In this document: positions 37,349 to 49,166 of the stretch, piece by piece
Numbering within the stretch: the stretch's first letter is position 1
Layout: every line of letters starts with the position of its first letter
The notes under the pieces: model-generated
The model's input: the letters and a program-made list of their open reading frames with translations, nothing else
Databases searched by the model: none
Told to the model about the DNA's origin: nothing
Made by a program: the position numbers and the translations under genes
Virus record (IMG/VR): IMGVR_UViG_3300032038_000011
Span: 1 to 64,000 of that record
Source of the DNA: a virus
Taxonomy: Duplodnaviria > Caudoviricetes
DNA: 64,000 bases
Reading direction: 5' to 3' (one strand)

Positions 37349-38787
37349 AATCCTACTATTATATAAGGACGAGTAGTTGAATTACCTGTAACTACTTCCA
37401 TAGGATGTTCTGCATTATTTATAGATCTTAATTGATCAGGATAATTAGAATTATTATTAGTATAATCTCTTAAAGCTACACAAATTTTTTGTCCATCAAT
37501 TTCATTAATATTTGTTTCACCTAAACGATAATCAATTTTACTCCAAGGATCGCTTTTAAAATAATTATAAGTAAACGCACCTGCTTGGATTGATGTTTTA
37601 ATGCCTAATTCAACTGCTGAAGGTGGCCAACAACCAGTTTCAATTGAAGAGTAATCATTTGCGTCGCCATTAGTATTAAATCCTTTACTAAATTTTTTTA
37701 CTGCTTTAATATTATTTTTAACTATATCTTCAAAACCTTCATATATTCTTGTTACAGCTTCTCGAAATTCTAAAGCATTTGCATATTGACGAGGAGTTGA
37801 ATTATCAAAATTACTACTTCCAACAGATTTTAATGTAAAATCTGATATAGTGACCCCTAGCCAAGAAGAATGTGCTGTTTTAGTATTATCTTCTGCTAAT
37901 ATATCTTGATTTTTCCCCACAAGATAAAACTCTACTGGCACTTCATTAATTTTTACTAGCATTTTTTTCCCTAATTCATATTCTGGCCCCAATTGACTAC
38001 TTTTATTACAATCTGATAAAATTTGTTCCCAAGTTTTATTTAAAAAATTATTTTTATCAGCTAATAAATCTCTTTCATAGTCTTCTAAAGAAAAAATTTT
38101 ATCTTTAAAAGAACCCCAATTATCCGCTGTTTTATAAGCAGATACTAAATCTTTTGGAACATAAATCCGCCCTTTGTCTCCACTACCGATAGGAGTAGTA
38201 TTAAACCCTGCTGTTCTTATTAAAGGAATTACATATGGATAATTTAAACGTAAATACTTTAAAAAATAATTATTTCTAAACCAAAAACCATTAAATTTAT
38301 AACTACTATTATCTGTTTCATTCATATAAAAATTCCCCAAAGATACGTCTGAAAGCCAATAATTATTCCAAAAACTTACTTTAATATTGTTTGCCACAGC
38401 AATATCATCGCTTCCCGCAGGTAATGGTTTTGTAGTTCCTTTAAAATTTGGTAAATTTAAAGTTTGAATTTTTGTATCTCTTAAAATAGAAGTTAATAAA
38501 TTATTATTACTATCAGGAAAATAAGAACGCTCAAATTCAATCGCTTGTAAATTATCTAAATTAATATTTAATAAATTATCTCCTTCTAAAATATATGGAG
38601 ATTGTTGCATATTTGGCAAATTAATTGTGGTTAAATTTGGATTACTTATAATTAATCTATTCCATAAAGGTTCACCAGTATCAGAATCTATTCTAATCAA
38701 CTCTGGTAAATTTAATTCTGTAAAACTTGACTCATTCTTAAAGAATGAGTCAAGTTTTGCTAAACTTTGCTGAGGATTTGTTATCAT
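37339..38787 (-). CDS. LRR(BspA)-like structural protein
   Basis: L..LNLP repeats; IYVP..LV.AYKTA.NW. Confidence 0.6.
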   Translation of the reverse strand: MITNPQQSLAKLDSFFKNESSFTELNLPELIRIDSDTGEPLWNRLIISNPNLTTINLPNMQQSPYILEGDNLLNINLDNLQAIEFERSYFPDSNNNLLTSILRDTKIQTLNLPNFKGTTKPLPAGSDDIAVANNIKVSFWNNYWLSDVSLGNFYMNETDNSSYKFNGFWFRNNYFLKYLRLNYPYVIPLIRTAGFNTTPIGSGDKGRIYVPKDLVSAYKTADNWGSFKDKIFSLEDYERDLLADKNNFLNKTWEQILSDCNKSSQLGPEYELGKKMLVKINEVPVEFYLVGKNQDILAEDNTKTAHSSWLGVTISDFTLKSVGSSNFDNSTPRQYANALEFREAVTRIYEGFEDIVKNNIKAVKKFSKGFNTNGDANDYSSIETGCWPPSAVELGIKTSIQAGAFTYNYFKSDPWSKIDYRLGETNINEIDGQKICVALRDYTNNNSNYPDQLRSINNAEHPMEVVTGNSTTRPYIIVGFCI

Positions 38788-41700
38788 AGTGGCCCTACCT
38801 CCTCCATTAGAGCTTGATATGTAGTATTAGTTGCGTCAACAATTCTAATATTACTTCTTTCAGATTCTATTAAACTATAAGGAACATTAGCATATCCTGA
38901 AGAATTAATAGAATTTGGATATAAATCTCTAACAACTGAATTTTTAACATATAAATAATTATTTCCAGCAATAAAACCAGAAAAACCTGAGTTTCTGTCT
39001 CTTTTAGATATAATTGGTAATTCAGAATTTAAAATAATTAAATTACAATTTTGCATATTATTAAAACTAAAATTATCTATTCTAATTTGGCCAGAACCAG
39101 TAAAAACAATAATACCATTATTTAAAGAATTAAAGCAATATTGTTCAAAATCAATATTAGTTCCAGTAAAAATATAAATTTTTCTATTTAATGTATTAGC
39201 ATAAGAAAACGCATAAGAATCTACAAAAGTTGCTTCAGTTTTTAATCTTTTAAGATTTGTACTATGGAAAAACGCAGCTTTAGGTATAGTAGTTATAGAA
39301 CCTAAATCGCAAGATACAATCTTATTTAAGAAATAATTTGTAAATATATCATCTTTATGATAATAAGTAATTAATAAATCCATATTACCAGTAACTCGTA
39401 ACCCTGAAGTTCCTGTTGGAACAAAAGGTTTTACGCTTAAATATCTATAAATACGTTCTTCATCATCAACTTCTCTTTCACTTTCATCGCCTATCATAGT
39501 TATTTGATTATTTTTTACTGGAAGATAATTTTCTATATCAGTATATAAAATTTTATTTGGTATACCTCCAGCAACAACAGTTCTTTCTAATTCTAATAAT
39601 GGTTCGCCTTGCTTTAAGCCATTAATATCTGTATTATAAAGTTTAACTTTATAAGTTTGAGGGCTTCTACTATATACGGCATACCAAGTTTGAGTAGTAT
39701 TAGTTTTAATTTGATCGGTTATTTCTTCACGATTGTCGCCAGTTTGAATACTATCTGCTATTTGATTTCCATCTGTAGTCCAATAATTTGGTCTATACTG
39801 ATAATAATTTCTTTCAAAAACATAATCGTCAGTATTCAAATTTTCCATAAATTCCCCTTCAAAATAATATCGAGTAATTGTGTTATATTTATTAATATCA
39901 GCAGTTTGTAAAATATAATCTATTTTGTATTCAATATCTTCAACGGGGAAAACATCTAAATTATCTTGAATATTTATTAATGGTTTATCCCATTCTTTCA
40001 AATTCCATCGTGTTGGTGCACCCCAAACCCAATTTGGGTCTTTAGCTAAATTGTAAGCTAGTAATTCTTCTTCATTAAATACTGTTTTAATATCATAAAT
40101 TACTTGGCTTCCTTGTCCACCAATAGTATATAATGTTTTAAGAAGTTTTCCATTTGGATCAAAAAATCTTATATTATAATACTCATGGTCTATATTTTCT
40201 TCATCAGTATAAAAGAATTTTAAATCATTTGTAAAATAATTTTGAAGTTCTTCTATATCGAAATCTCCCATATTTTCAGTTAATTTTATTGTTCCTGTAA
40301 TAGCATAATTAGGAATAGTTTTAACCTTTTCAAATAATTGTTTAAAATCTATACCTTGAACTTTCCAATTTACATTTAATAAATTTAATAATAATAAATT
40401 ATCTAAAGATAAAGTTCTATTAAAAGTATCAATTTGAGCACAATTATCTATAGTTAAATATTTTAAATTACTTAAATCATTAATAATAAAATTAGAATCT
40501 TTTAAATAATTTAAATTTTTCATAACAATAGCATTTGGATAACCCAAATAAGCTGTTTCTAATAGGCCACCATCTGCAAAAGAATAGCCAGAAAATGAAG
40601 AGCCAGAAGCATCTAAATATTTGAGTGCAGGACAACCTTCGAGAGATAATGGCGCACTTACTGCTTTTAAATTTTGAATTTCTAATCTTTCTAGCATACT
40701 ATTTGTTGAAAAATCAAATGTTCCTTGTTCTGTATCACTAATATTTAAATTTTGATAACCTTCTATATTTGAGCCTATTTTTATGGAGCGTAATCTATAA
40801 GCTGCACCAAATGAACTTTGGCCTGGATATAATGGAGATAAATCTCCTATTTCTTGAATCATTGAGGCAGTATCAATATTAATTACAGTATCATTTAACC
40901 CCAAATAATTGCCATTTTTTTCTCTAAAAACTAAAGTTTTCAATTCTCCTTTTTGGGCTTTTTCATGCAAATGATTATTACCCATATGTACTGTTACATA
41001 ACATTTATTATACATTTTTACACTTACTTCAGATTTAGAAGGAACTACAGAAAGAGAGGTTCTAATTATTTCTTTTGTTTCTTCATCCATATCATTTGTA
41101 ATTGTAGGAGTATATCCACGTAAAGTAACAATATTACCAACACTTCTAGGACTCATATATTTAGAAGCTAAATATAATTCTTGAAAAGTTTCATAATGTT
41201 GTCTTTGATGAATTTTTTGTCCTCCATCTAAGAAGCTTAACCATCCAGTATTAATACCTCTTTCGTAAGGTCTTAAATAATCATATCTATAACATTCATT
41301 CCAAACTCTTTCTGGGATTTTTTGTTGTTCATTTAATAAGAAATTATGGTAAGTTAATGAATTCCAAGCATTACTAAATTTTCCATCTTTAGAGCGTGCG
41401 GATTCTCTATTAATAAACATAGTTGCACAAGCTTCTGTTAAGTTACTTATAAAAATAAACCATACAGAATCTGCAGCATTAAAAACCATTTTACCATTTA
41501 TAGAATCATCTGCTTCATTACCATAATCAAAAACTAATTGTCCTTCATTATTATTACCATCACTAGTGTCGTTATCATAATTTTTACTTAAATCCCAAAT
41601 CCAATAACCTTCTTGATCTTCTCCATCAATATTTTTTATAGTTTTTGCTGCAGACCAGAAAGTATTTTTAGCAACATTATCAACCATTGTATGACGTTCA

Positions 41701-44700
41701 ATATAGCAAAAATGATAAACAACAGAATCCATAGCCATATAATCTTCACATTCAGATAACATTTTCGCCATACGACGTTCAAAACTGTCAATAGTATAAG
41801 TTCCTGCATATTCCGAAACTGTAGAACCCCTTAATACTTGAGTTCCTTCTCGTTCATGCCCTCTGAAAGTATAAGTTTCATAAGTTTCTGGACTTTCTAA
41901 TGGTTCATTTGTTGCGGCTTTTGGATTTCGACTTGCCATCCATTTAACAAAACGTTCCCATCCATCTGTAATCATTTTATCTGGAGTTTTAGTATTTGGG
42001 AAACGCATTCCGTAAGAATGATCCATATTTTTTACTTTTCCTGTCCAATCTAAATCTTCAGGCCAAGTAATCATACGTTGCCCTTCAGTAGTATTATCAT
42101 TTACTTCAATACAACACTCATTATCATTATGGAAAATATGAGTATTCTTTTTACTATTTCCTAAATTACCAATAGAATACATATAATATTTTTCTGACTG
42201 ACGAAGAGGTTTTTCAGAAAATAAAGGAACCTCTAATACAGATTCATGAGTTACAGGATCTTCTATAGTAGGCTCATCTATACCCCTATCTAAGATAAAT
42301 TGTACACCCATAACAAATTCCATACAATCTCTTTCAGATAAAGAGGGATAAGGTTGGAAATTTTGATACCACATAGCATTACACATATTATTAACTTGCT
42401 CACAAGAAGCAAAATTAACTTTCATATTAGCATATGTAATTGGAATTGAAGTATCAGTAAGTTTTATCCCTTTATGTTCAAGACCTTCAGCTAATAAATT
42501 TTCTCCACTTGCAGAAGCTAATTCAGCATTACTATATTTAGTAAAATTAATATCTGTATTTGCCGCGCCTTTTCGATAATTAACAGAAGAAGTTCCTTGA
42601 ACTGTTAAAGCTGCATTTTTTGCTGTTAAACCATCATAATATTCTTTTCCACCATTTAACCACATTTGAGTAAATTTATTAACTAATACTGGATCATCTT
42701 TTGCGGTTGTCATACGAGAAATATCATATAGCCAAATTCGACAATCTGGCGCAGCTTTATATAATAAATTATAATCTATTTCTCCATCATCACCAAGAAT
42801 ATTATTACGATTATATCTTGCTTTCATTGTTGTGGCGTTTGGAGCATCAGAAATAAAGTTGGCAATATGTTCGTCAATAGATAATTTTTTATAATAACTT
42901 TTAACTAGATATATATAAACATCACAGTTTGTAGAGCCAATTATAATATTAGATTTATCTGTTTGTTCAAATAAATCAGTAGAATTGCATACACGAACAG
43001 TAGACATAACTCCATCTACCCAACACATTATATAGCGTGGATTATTATTAGTTCCATAAACTTCAAATTCTAATTCAATATAAACATTTTCACCATATTG
43101 AGTAGATACACTTTGACCAGAAGATTTTAAAAATCCTCTATGGGCAAATAATTGAATGCCAATTTCATTTGAATAGCAATCTAAAATTTTTGCGTCATAA
43201 TCACTACAATTTGCTGTTTTTAAAATAATTTTAAAATTTAATCCATTTGTTAAATTAGAATTAAATAATTGTTTATTTATTGTTAATGTAGTTCCTGCTT
43301 TTATACAAATATATTGCTGAATATTTCTATTAGCATCTCTTTCTGTTTTAAGGCCACCATTAATCCAATCAAAATTATCCGAGAAAGTTAAAAGTTCATT
43401 ATTCCGTAAATCAGAATTGCTGACTATATCACTTGCTTTAATTTTAAAGTCATAATCACCAATTTCTTCGTTATCTATTTCAACACTTTTAACAGAAATA
43501 TGAATCTTTTTTATTACAGAGCCAACAGAAATTGTTAAAATTTTTTCTCCAATAGTAGTAGGAGAATAATTCCAATATTGAATTGACCTATTAATATTAT
43601 TCCAAATATCAACAGTTTCTCCATTTACTGCTAAAACAATATTACTAGTTAAAGTAGAATTTGGTGTATAAATAACAATAGGAAGAGCAACTGTATCATA
43701 TTGTTCCATTTCTTGAATAAAAATTCCATCTTCATCTTTAATAAAATTACCTTCTTCATCTTTTTTCATAATTTCAATTAAAGGTGAACTAGAAATAATA
43801 GGAGTTATATTAGAAGGTTCTAATACTATTATATCATGAAATTGAGAATCTGTAGTTTCATTTTTATTATCAATAGTTGCAGTTAAAAATATCTCACAAG
43901 TATGAGTTCCATGAGATAAATTATGCTCAAAAGTATATGTTTGTGTAATACCAGACTGTAATGTTGTTCTTGTTAAATAAATTTCATGGTCCGTTCCTTT
44001 ATCAATATAAATATGTGTAGTCTTATTAAGGTTAGCACCATAAGGAATCCATTCTAAAGTAATTACTCCAGTATTAAAAATAGTTTCTTCATTATAATCC
44101 CAAGTAAAAGAAAAATTGACAACATTAATTGTCCAAGTTTTTCTTACAATGGTATTATATTCTCCACCGGTATTTACAGAAACTTGTAAAATAATATTAT
44201 TTGTTCCAACAGATAAATAAGGTGAAATATTAAAATCATTATTTATAGTCGTAGTATCAGTATCAGATTTTAAGTTTTTTGCACTACTTGTCGCAACCTG
44301 AACTCCTCCTACGAACCATGTTGCAGTACCATCACCAACTAATTCTCCACTTGAGTCTCTTGCTTCTAATTTATATTCTATAAAACAAGGTTTCCCAGTT
44401 AAAATTTGTACAGAAGCTTCGGTAACACGAGTTATACTAGCAGTACCACTGATAGTAGTTCCTCCACTTCCACCACCTTTAGGTAATGGTATATAAGTAT
44501 TTTTAATATCCGCGTTCATTCCCTCAACATTTGTTGGCTTTTCGGTTTCTTCACGTTTTAAACGTAAATAGGTAGTTTCATCATCTTCTAGATCAACAAT
44601 ATCTGCATCTGTATAAACATCATCAATAGTATTTTTCCATCCTTCTACAGTAGTAATACGTGTTGAAAGTTGAGTATTTGCTGTTTCCGTAGCTGTAACT

Positions 44701-45773
44701 TTAGTATTTAAAGTAGCAATAGTACCGGGAATAGTTTTTAAAGTATCTATTAATGGATGCTCATCGCGCGAATAAGTACCATCTTCTTTTTGAGTTAATT
44801 CTCCATATAAATCAATTAATACATCAGAGAAAGTATAATCATTTGTAGATTCTCCAGACATACCTAAAGTTTCTAAAATATTAGAAACTAAATTATCTAA
44901 AGTATTAATTTTAGAAATTAAAGAATCTGTTAAAAATCCTGATTCAGGAATATCTTCTGCTTCAGGAAGCTCTCGACCTAATACTGCTATAATTTTATCA
45001 ATACGTGAACCACTTGAGTCTCCTCCATCACTAGAACCAAAAATTGCAGTATTTAAATCATTTATTTGTTCAATAATTGTTCTATTAGAACCAGAACTAC
45101 TATTTCCAAAAATGGCATTATAAATTTCAGTAATTCTAGTATCAATATCAGTATAATTATCTAACCAAGTATTATTAGAATAATAAGCAGAACCTAATCT
45201 TGGCCCAATAATAGCTGAAATATTGGTTGGTAAATCGGAAACATTATTTGTTAATGCTTGTAGACGAGCATTTAAAGAGTTAGAAGAAGTACTTCCACTA
45301 GAGCCTTCCCCAAATACTTCGTTATATAATTGCGTTATACGAACATCTATTGGATTAATATTATTTGGTCTTGTGTATGGTATAGATTGTATATCATAAT
45401 CAGTAGTACCAATAATTTGTTGAAGAGTTGTTTTTAAATCATTATTCTGTGCTGATAATCTATTATCAACACTATTATTTATTTGATTTTCAAAACCATC
45501 AATTCTTCCATTAATTTCTTCTACTTCATTATTAAAATTTTGTAAATCTGTTCTAATTGTTGTTATAAATTCATCTTTTATATTTTCCATTGTAGAACGA
45601 GATTCTAAAGCAATTTGAATACCTTGCTCTAAATTATTCATCTCAATTCTCTCAATTATTTCATTATCTTCCCATTTTTTAGGAGCGTATACTTTACTTT
45701 CATCTAAAGAATAAAATGCTCCAGAGGCTTGATAACGACTATCATCCATAAGATAATTAGTTTCATTTGCCAT
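38784..45773 (-). CDS. Giant 2329-aa structural protein (coiled coil, beta-sandwich/LamG-like, CotH-kinase-like, LRR)
   Basis: VQGTSS..Y, VDN.AKN.F...YDNDT..G.NN.G; C-terminal LRR-like pattern. Confidence 0.6.
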   Translation of the reverse strand: MANETNYLMDDSRYQASGAFYSLDESKVYAPKKWEDNEIIERIEMNNLEQGIQIALESRSTMENIKDEFITTIRTDLQNFNNEVEEINGRIDGFENQINNSVDNRLSAQNNDLKTTLQQIIGTTDYDIQSIPYTRPNNINPIDVRITQLYNEVFGEGSSGSTSSNSLNARLQALTNNVSDLPTNISAIIGPRLGSAYYSNNTWLDNYTDIDTRITEIYNAIFGNSSSGSNRTIIEQINDLNTAIFGSSDGGDSSGSRIDKIIAVLGRELPEAEDIPESGFLTDSLISKINTLDNLVSNILETLGMSGESTNDYTFSDVLIDLYGELTQKEDGTYSRDEHPLIDTLKTIPGTIATLNTKVTATETANTQLSTRITTVEGWKNTIDDVYTDADIVDLEDDETTYLRLKREETEKPTNVEGMNADIKNTYIPLPKGGGSGGTTISGTASITRVTEASVQILTGKPCFIEYKLEARDSSGELVGDGTATWFVGGVQVATSSAKNLKSDTDTTTINNDFNISPYLSVGTNNIILQVSVNTGGEYNTIVRKTWTINVVNFSFTWDYNEETIFNTGVITLEWIPYGANLNKTTHIYIDKGTDHEIYLTRTTLQSGITQTYTFEHNLSHGTHTCEIFLTATIDNKNETTDSQFHDIIVLEPSNITPIISSSPLIEIMKKDEEGNFIKDEDGIFIQEMEQYDTVALPIVIYTPNSTLTSNIVLAVNGETVDIWNNINRSIQYWNYSPTTIGEKILTISVGSVIKKIHISVKSVEIDNEEIGDYDFKIKASDIVSNSDLRNNELLTFSDNFDWINGGLKTERDANRNIQQYICIKAGTTLTINKQLFNSNLTNGLNFKIILKTANCSDYDAKILDCYSNEIGIQLFAHRGFLKSSGQSVSTQYGENVYIELEFEVYGTNNNPRYIMCWVDGVMSTVRVCNSTDLFEQTDKSNIIIGSTNCDVYIYLVKSYYKKLSIDEHIANFISDAPNATTMKARYNRNNILGDDGEIDYNLLYKAAPDCRIWLYDISRMTTAKDDPVLVNKFTQMWLNGGKEYYDGLTAKNAALTVQGTSSVNYRKGAANTDINFTKYSNAELASASGENLLAEGLEHKGIKLTDTSIPITYANMKVNFASCEQVNNMCNAMWYQNFQPYPSLSERDCMEFVMGVQFILDRGIDEPTIEDPVTHESVLEVPLFSEKPLRQSEKYYMYSIGNLGNSKKNTHIFHNDNECCIEVNDNTTEGQRMITWPEDLDWTGKVKNMDHSYGMRFPNTKTPDKMITDGWERFVKWMASRNPKAATNEPLESPETYETYTFRGHEREGTQVLRGSTVSEYAGTYTIDSFERRMAKMLSECEDYMAMDSVVYHFCYIERHTMVDNVAKNTFWSAAKTIKNIDGEDQEGYWIWDLSKNYDNDTSDGNNNEGQLVFDYGNEADDSINGKMVFNAADSVWFIFISNLTEACATMFINRESARSKDGKFSNAWNSLTYHNFLLNEQQKIPERVWNECYRYDYLRPYERGINTGWLSFLDGGQKIHQRQHYETFQELYLASKYMSPRSVGNIVTLRGYTPTITNDMDEETKEIIRTSLSVVPSKSEVSVKMYNKCYVTVHMGNNHLHEKAQKGELKTLVFREKNGNYLGLNDTVINIDTASMIQEIGDLSPLYPGQSSFGAAYRLRSIKIGSNIEGYQNLNISDTEQGTFDFSTNSMLERLEIQNLKAVSAPLSLEGCPALKYLDASGSSFSGYSFADGGLLETAYLGYPNAIVMKNLNYLKDSNFIINDLSNLKYLTIDNCAQIDTFNRTLSLDNLLLLNLLNVNWKVQGIDFKQLFEKVKTIPNYAITGTIKLTENMGDFDIEELQNYFTNDLKFFYTDEENIDHEYYNIRFFDPNGKLLKTLYTIGGQGSQVIYDIKTVFNEEELLAYNLAKDPNWVWGAPTRWNLKEWDKPLINIQDNLDVFPVEDIEYKIDYILQTADINKYNTITRYYFEGEFMENLNTDDYVFERNYYQYRPNYWTTDGNQIADSIQTGDNREEITDQIKTNTTQTWYAVYSRSPQTYKVKLYNTDINGLKQGEPLLELERTVVAGGIPNKILYTDIENYLPVKNNQITMIGDESEREVDDEERIYRYLSVKPFVPTGTSGLRVTGNMDLLITYYHKDDIFTNYFLNKIVSCDLGSITTIPKAAFFHSTNLKRLKTEATFVDSYAFSYANTLNRKIYIFTGTNIDFEQYCFNSLNNGIIVFTGSGQIRIDNFSFNNMQNCNLIILNSELPIISKRDRNSGFSGFIAGNNYLYVKNSVVRDLYPNSINSSGYANVPYSLIESERSNIRIVDATNTTYQALMEEVGPL

Positions 45774-45888
45774 TTTATTCCCTCCTTCTTAGGATAGGTT
45801 AAAGTATATTCTTCTTAAATTAAGTAGTAAGTCTTTTAAGAAAATTTAGTTTTTTATAACAAAAAAGAAGAAAGTTATCTTTCTTCTT

Positions 45889-47123
45889 TTAATAAGGAGT
45901 TTTTGTCCAAATTTTATAAACCCCATTATTTAATCTTTCTTTAAAATCAGTAGGGTGTTTTAAGCATTCATTTCGTAATAAAGAATATCGTTCAATTTCA
46001 TTATAATCTGGATTATTAGAATTATATTCGATTATCCAAAATAAAGTTTCTTTGCCAATAATTGTTAAATTTCCAGTATAAGTAAGTAAATCATTATAAT
46101 TGGTTATTATATCAGGCATAATAAATCCCTCCTTAGTCCCAAAGACAATCAAAATGCTTAAAAAATTCTTTTCCAAAATCTTCTAACACTTGTCCTCGAG
46201 TTTTATGAATTTCTTCACAACGTTTATAGTATTGTTCTCTTATTTCTTCTTTAGTTGAAGAGCCATAAGAAGTTGTTGTTAAAAAAGGCCCATTTGGATG
46301 TTCTTTTTTATAAAGGTCATCTTCAAAAGTTTTTTCATAATCTTTACTATATTCATTTTGATCTTCTAGCCAATCATCATATTGTAACCGTTCAATTGTA
46401 TTAGCCATTTTATGAAGCCAATCGTGCCATTTTTCAGAAGTTTCAAATGGTTCCTTACCTGGATAAGCCATACCTTTATCAGCCATATATCTAAGCATTG
46501 ATGGTGTTGTAGAACAAAACCAAGAATCCCAATCCCAAACATCCCAAGAACACCAACCATATCGAATACGATGATAAGCTGCTTTAATATTTCTCCATAA
46601 TTGAGAAAACCATTTCCAAGGATGTGTTAAATAATAATGATTAGTATAAGGCCATTGAAATACATTTAAATTCATAAATTTGCTCCTTCCAGATGTTTAA
46701 TTTTTCTTACATATTCGCGTGCTTCATCTTCTGTTTCGTAAAGATGATATGGAATAGAATCTTCTTCAATTTTAGATAATTGAGGCTCACCCCATTCTAA
46801 AGGTACTTCTTTTATGGCCCACCATCTATCATTTATTCTAAATTTAGAAATTACTTTATCAGGAGAAAATTTGTCATATAAATCTAAAACAAAAACAGTT
46901 TGATTCATTAAAATTTAAATTTATAGAAAATATTCCCATTAGTTTGGTGGTCCATTTCCATATAAACACTATTTTTCTGACACCATTTTCCAGCCAAATC
47001 TCTTTCATTATCATATAGTAAATGAAAAAAATAATTTTTTCCTTGCTTTTTCGCGCGATTAAATTCATCATCAAGCAAAGAAAAAAGTGCTGGCGCGGCA
47101 TTTTTCTTTTTAAATAAACTCAT
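45889..47123 (-). CDS. Four small hypothetical ORFs (45889, 46133, 46672, 46908)
   Basis: ORF track, coupled. Confidence 0.55.
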
Positions 47124-47231
47124 AATTTTCTCCTTATCTACAAATAGTAATGATAAAACTAGTTATAATTATTAAAATTCCAAACCAAAAACCAATTGCT
47201 ACTGGATGCTTATAAAAAAAATCTTTCATTA

Positions 47232-47705
47232 TTATAATCTCCAAAGTATTAAATTATATTCTTTAAATTGTTCTTCTAATATTTTAAAAACTATATTCCA
47301 ATCTCCGCCACCAAGACCACAACCAATTTTATACGGCATATTTATCGGATAATTACGCCAATCTTCAGAGACATTATGTACGTGAAGGCAAATACGTTCA
47401 CAGCAAACTTTAAAAGCTTCGTAATCAGTATTACATTTATTATGTCCGCGCCAATCGTCTTGAGCAAACATACAACATGAACTACCATTTTCTTCATCTA
47501 CAAAAAGACAATGGCCTAATAATACTGTTGTATCCTCTTTAGCAATATTACAAAATTTTAAATATGACTTATAAGCTGCTGGAAAGTAATTTGGAAAAAT
47601 CGCGGCAACTCCTCGCCCCATTTTCCCTTTACAATTTACTTGATGACAAATAATACCTTCTGTAGCAGAAAACAAATCTCCTTCTTTAATTGTAATCATT
47701 TTCAA
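47232..47705 (-). CDS. Macro domain (ADP-ribose binding/hydrolase) protein
   Basis: GDLF...ICHQVNC.G.MG.GVA...MPYKIGCGLGGGDW. Confidence 0.85.
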   Translation of the reverse strand: MKMITIKEGDLFSATEGIICHQVNCKGKMGRGVAAIFPNYFPAAYKSYLKFCNIAKEDTTVLLGHCLFVDEENGSSCCMFAQDDWRGHNKCNTDYEAFKVCCERICLHVHNVSEDWRNYPINMPYKIGCGLGGGDWNIVFKILEEQFKEYNLILWRL

Positions 47706-48405
47706 ATTCCTCTATAACAGAAGTAAAACCATTAATATAAGAATAATTATCTGTATTTTTAATTCTTTCACGAACTTGTATACTACCTAGTGCGGCACAC
47801 ATTGCTTCAAAATGGGAATAATTCCAAGGGTCTTTCATCCAACTAAAATATTCAAAAAGAATAGAAACAGGATTTAAATTATAACGAACAGCCTCTAACA
47901 TAGTGTGTTCCATAATTTGGTCAATTATACCATTAGTATAATATTCTTTTGGAGTAGAAGTATATTTATGTAAAAAATTTATAATGGCTTCGCGCGAATG
48001 CCCACAATGTTTAATTACCCAAATAATACCCTGATACATTTTATCCATTTTTATTATCCTCATTTTCTTTAAAAATTTTAATTAATTCTTCTTCATAATT
48101 GGTAAAATCTGCTCCACAAAAATCACAATAAGGTTGTAATTTTTGTTTCATACGACATTCACTACAGTAATAATAATCATTTTTATGAATTAATTTTGCT
48201 ATCATATATAAAAATACCTCATTATAGAAAAAACAAAAACGAAAACTGCTATACAAATTGCATAAAAGCCTTTCATACCTTCTCCAGTAACAATGTCTAA
48301 AATACCTATTGCTATTATAAGAAAACAAACGATTCCTTCTATAATCATATTATTCTCCTTTATTTTTACTATAATAATTATATCAAAATTCGCGCGAAAA
48401 GTCAA
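47686..48405 (-). CDS. Small hypothetical ORFs (47686, 48041, 48202)
   Basis: ORF track; promoter at 48377..48405. Confidence 0.5.
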
Positions 48406-48426
48406 ATAAAAAGAGTAGGATTTCTC

Positions 48427-49146
48427 CTACTCATTTGTTACATTTCTCTTATTTAGCTTAATCCAGTTAATTAGACCAATAATAGCCATAATTAGATAGA
48501 TAGATTTCTTAGTAAGATAAACGGGATCAAAATGCTGAATGTACATTGCTACAGCAACAATATCAGTAATAATCCACCATACATACTGCTCGCGGAATCG
48601 GAATAGCTCAAGAATAACAGCTACAATACCAATAGCTAGTGTCGCAGCGTCAAGCCAAGCTACGTTCCCGCCGACTTTGACAAGAATAGCGTGATAAATT
48701 ACAGTACCTGCGACAATTACGCCTGCGACCAGAGCATTCTGCCACCAAGTCATCTTTCTACTCTTAGTTAGCTCATTCTGCTGCTCGTCACGATGTCGTG
48801 CCCAATACCACCAAGAAATGATATTCATCGGGGCATAGAAGAAAATTTCAAGACACATCGTGCCGTAAATCTTCCAATACCAAAGATAAATAATATAAAC
48901 AAAGGTATTGATACAGGCGAACGGGAAATTAGAAATAGAGCCTTTCGCGCAAAGGAAAATACAAAACACACCAGCAATAGCACTGATAAAATTAATTACC
49001 GTTAGCCAAGGCGGGTTCATACTTTCTGCGGGATTCATAAAACTAAGAACCATTGCTCTTGCCGCAATAAAAATCATAATTGCGGCCATAAGCCATTCGT
49101 AAGGCTTCATTGCTTTCAACGACTTCTTCAGATTTTTAAACTTCAT
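48427..49146 (-). CDS. pnuC: Nicotinamide riboside transporter PnuC
   Basis: Multi-TM; KG...NF, WLDA, REQY..W..TD. Confidence 0.8.
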   Translation of the reverse strand: MKFKNLKKSLKAMKPYEWLMAAIMIFIAARAMVLSFMNPAESMNPPWLTVINFISAIAGVFCIFLCAKGSISNFPFACINTFVYIIYLWYWKIYGTMCLEIFFYAPMNIISWWYWARHRDEQQNELTKSRKMTWWQNALVAGVIVAGTVIYHAILVKVGGNVAWLDAATLAIGIVAVILELFRFREQYVWWIITDIVAVAMYIQHFDPVYLTKKSIYLIMAIIGLINWIKLNKRNVTNE

Positions 49147-49166
49147 AATAAATATATTCCTTTCTA

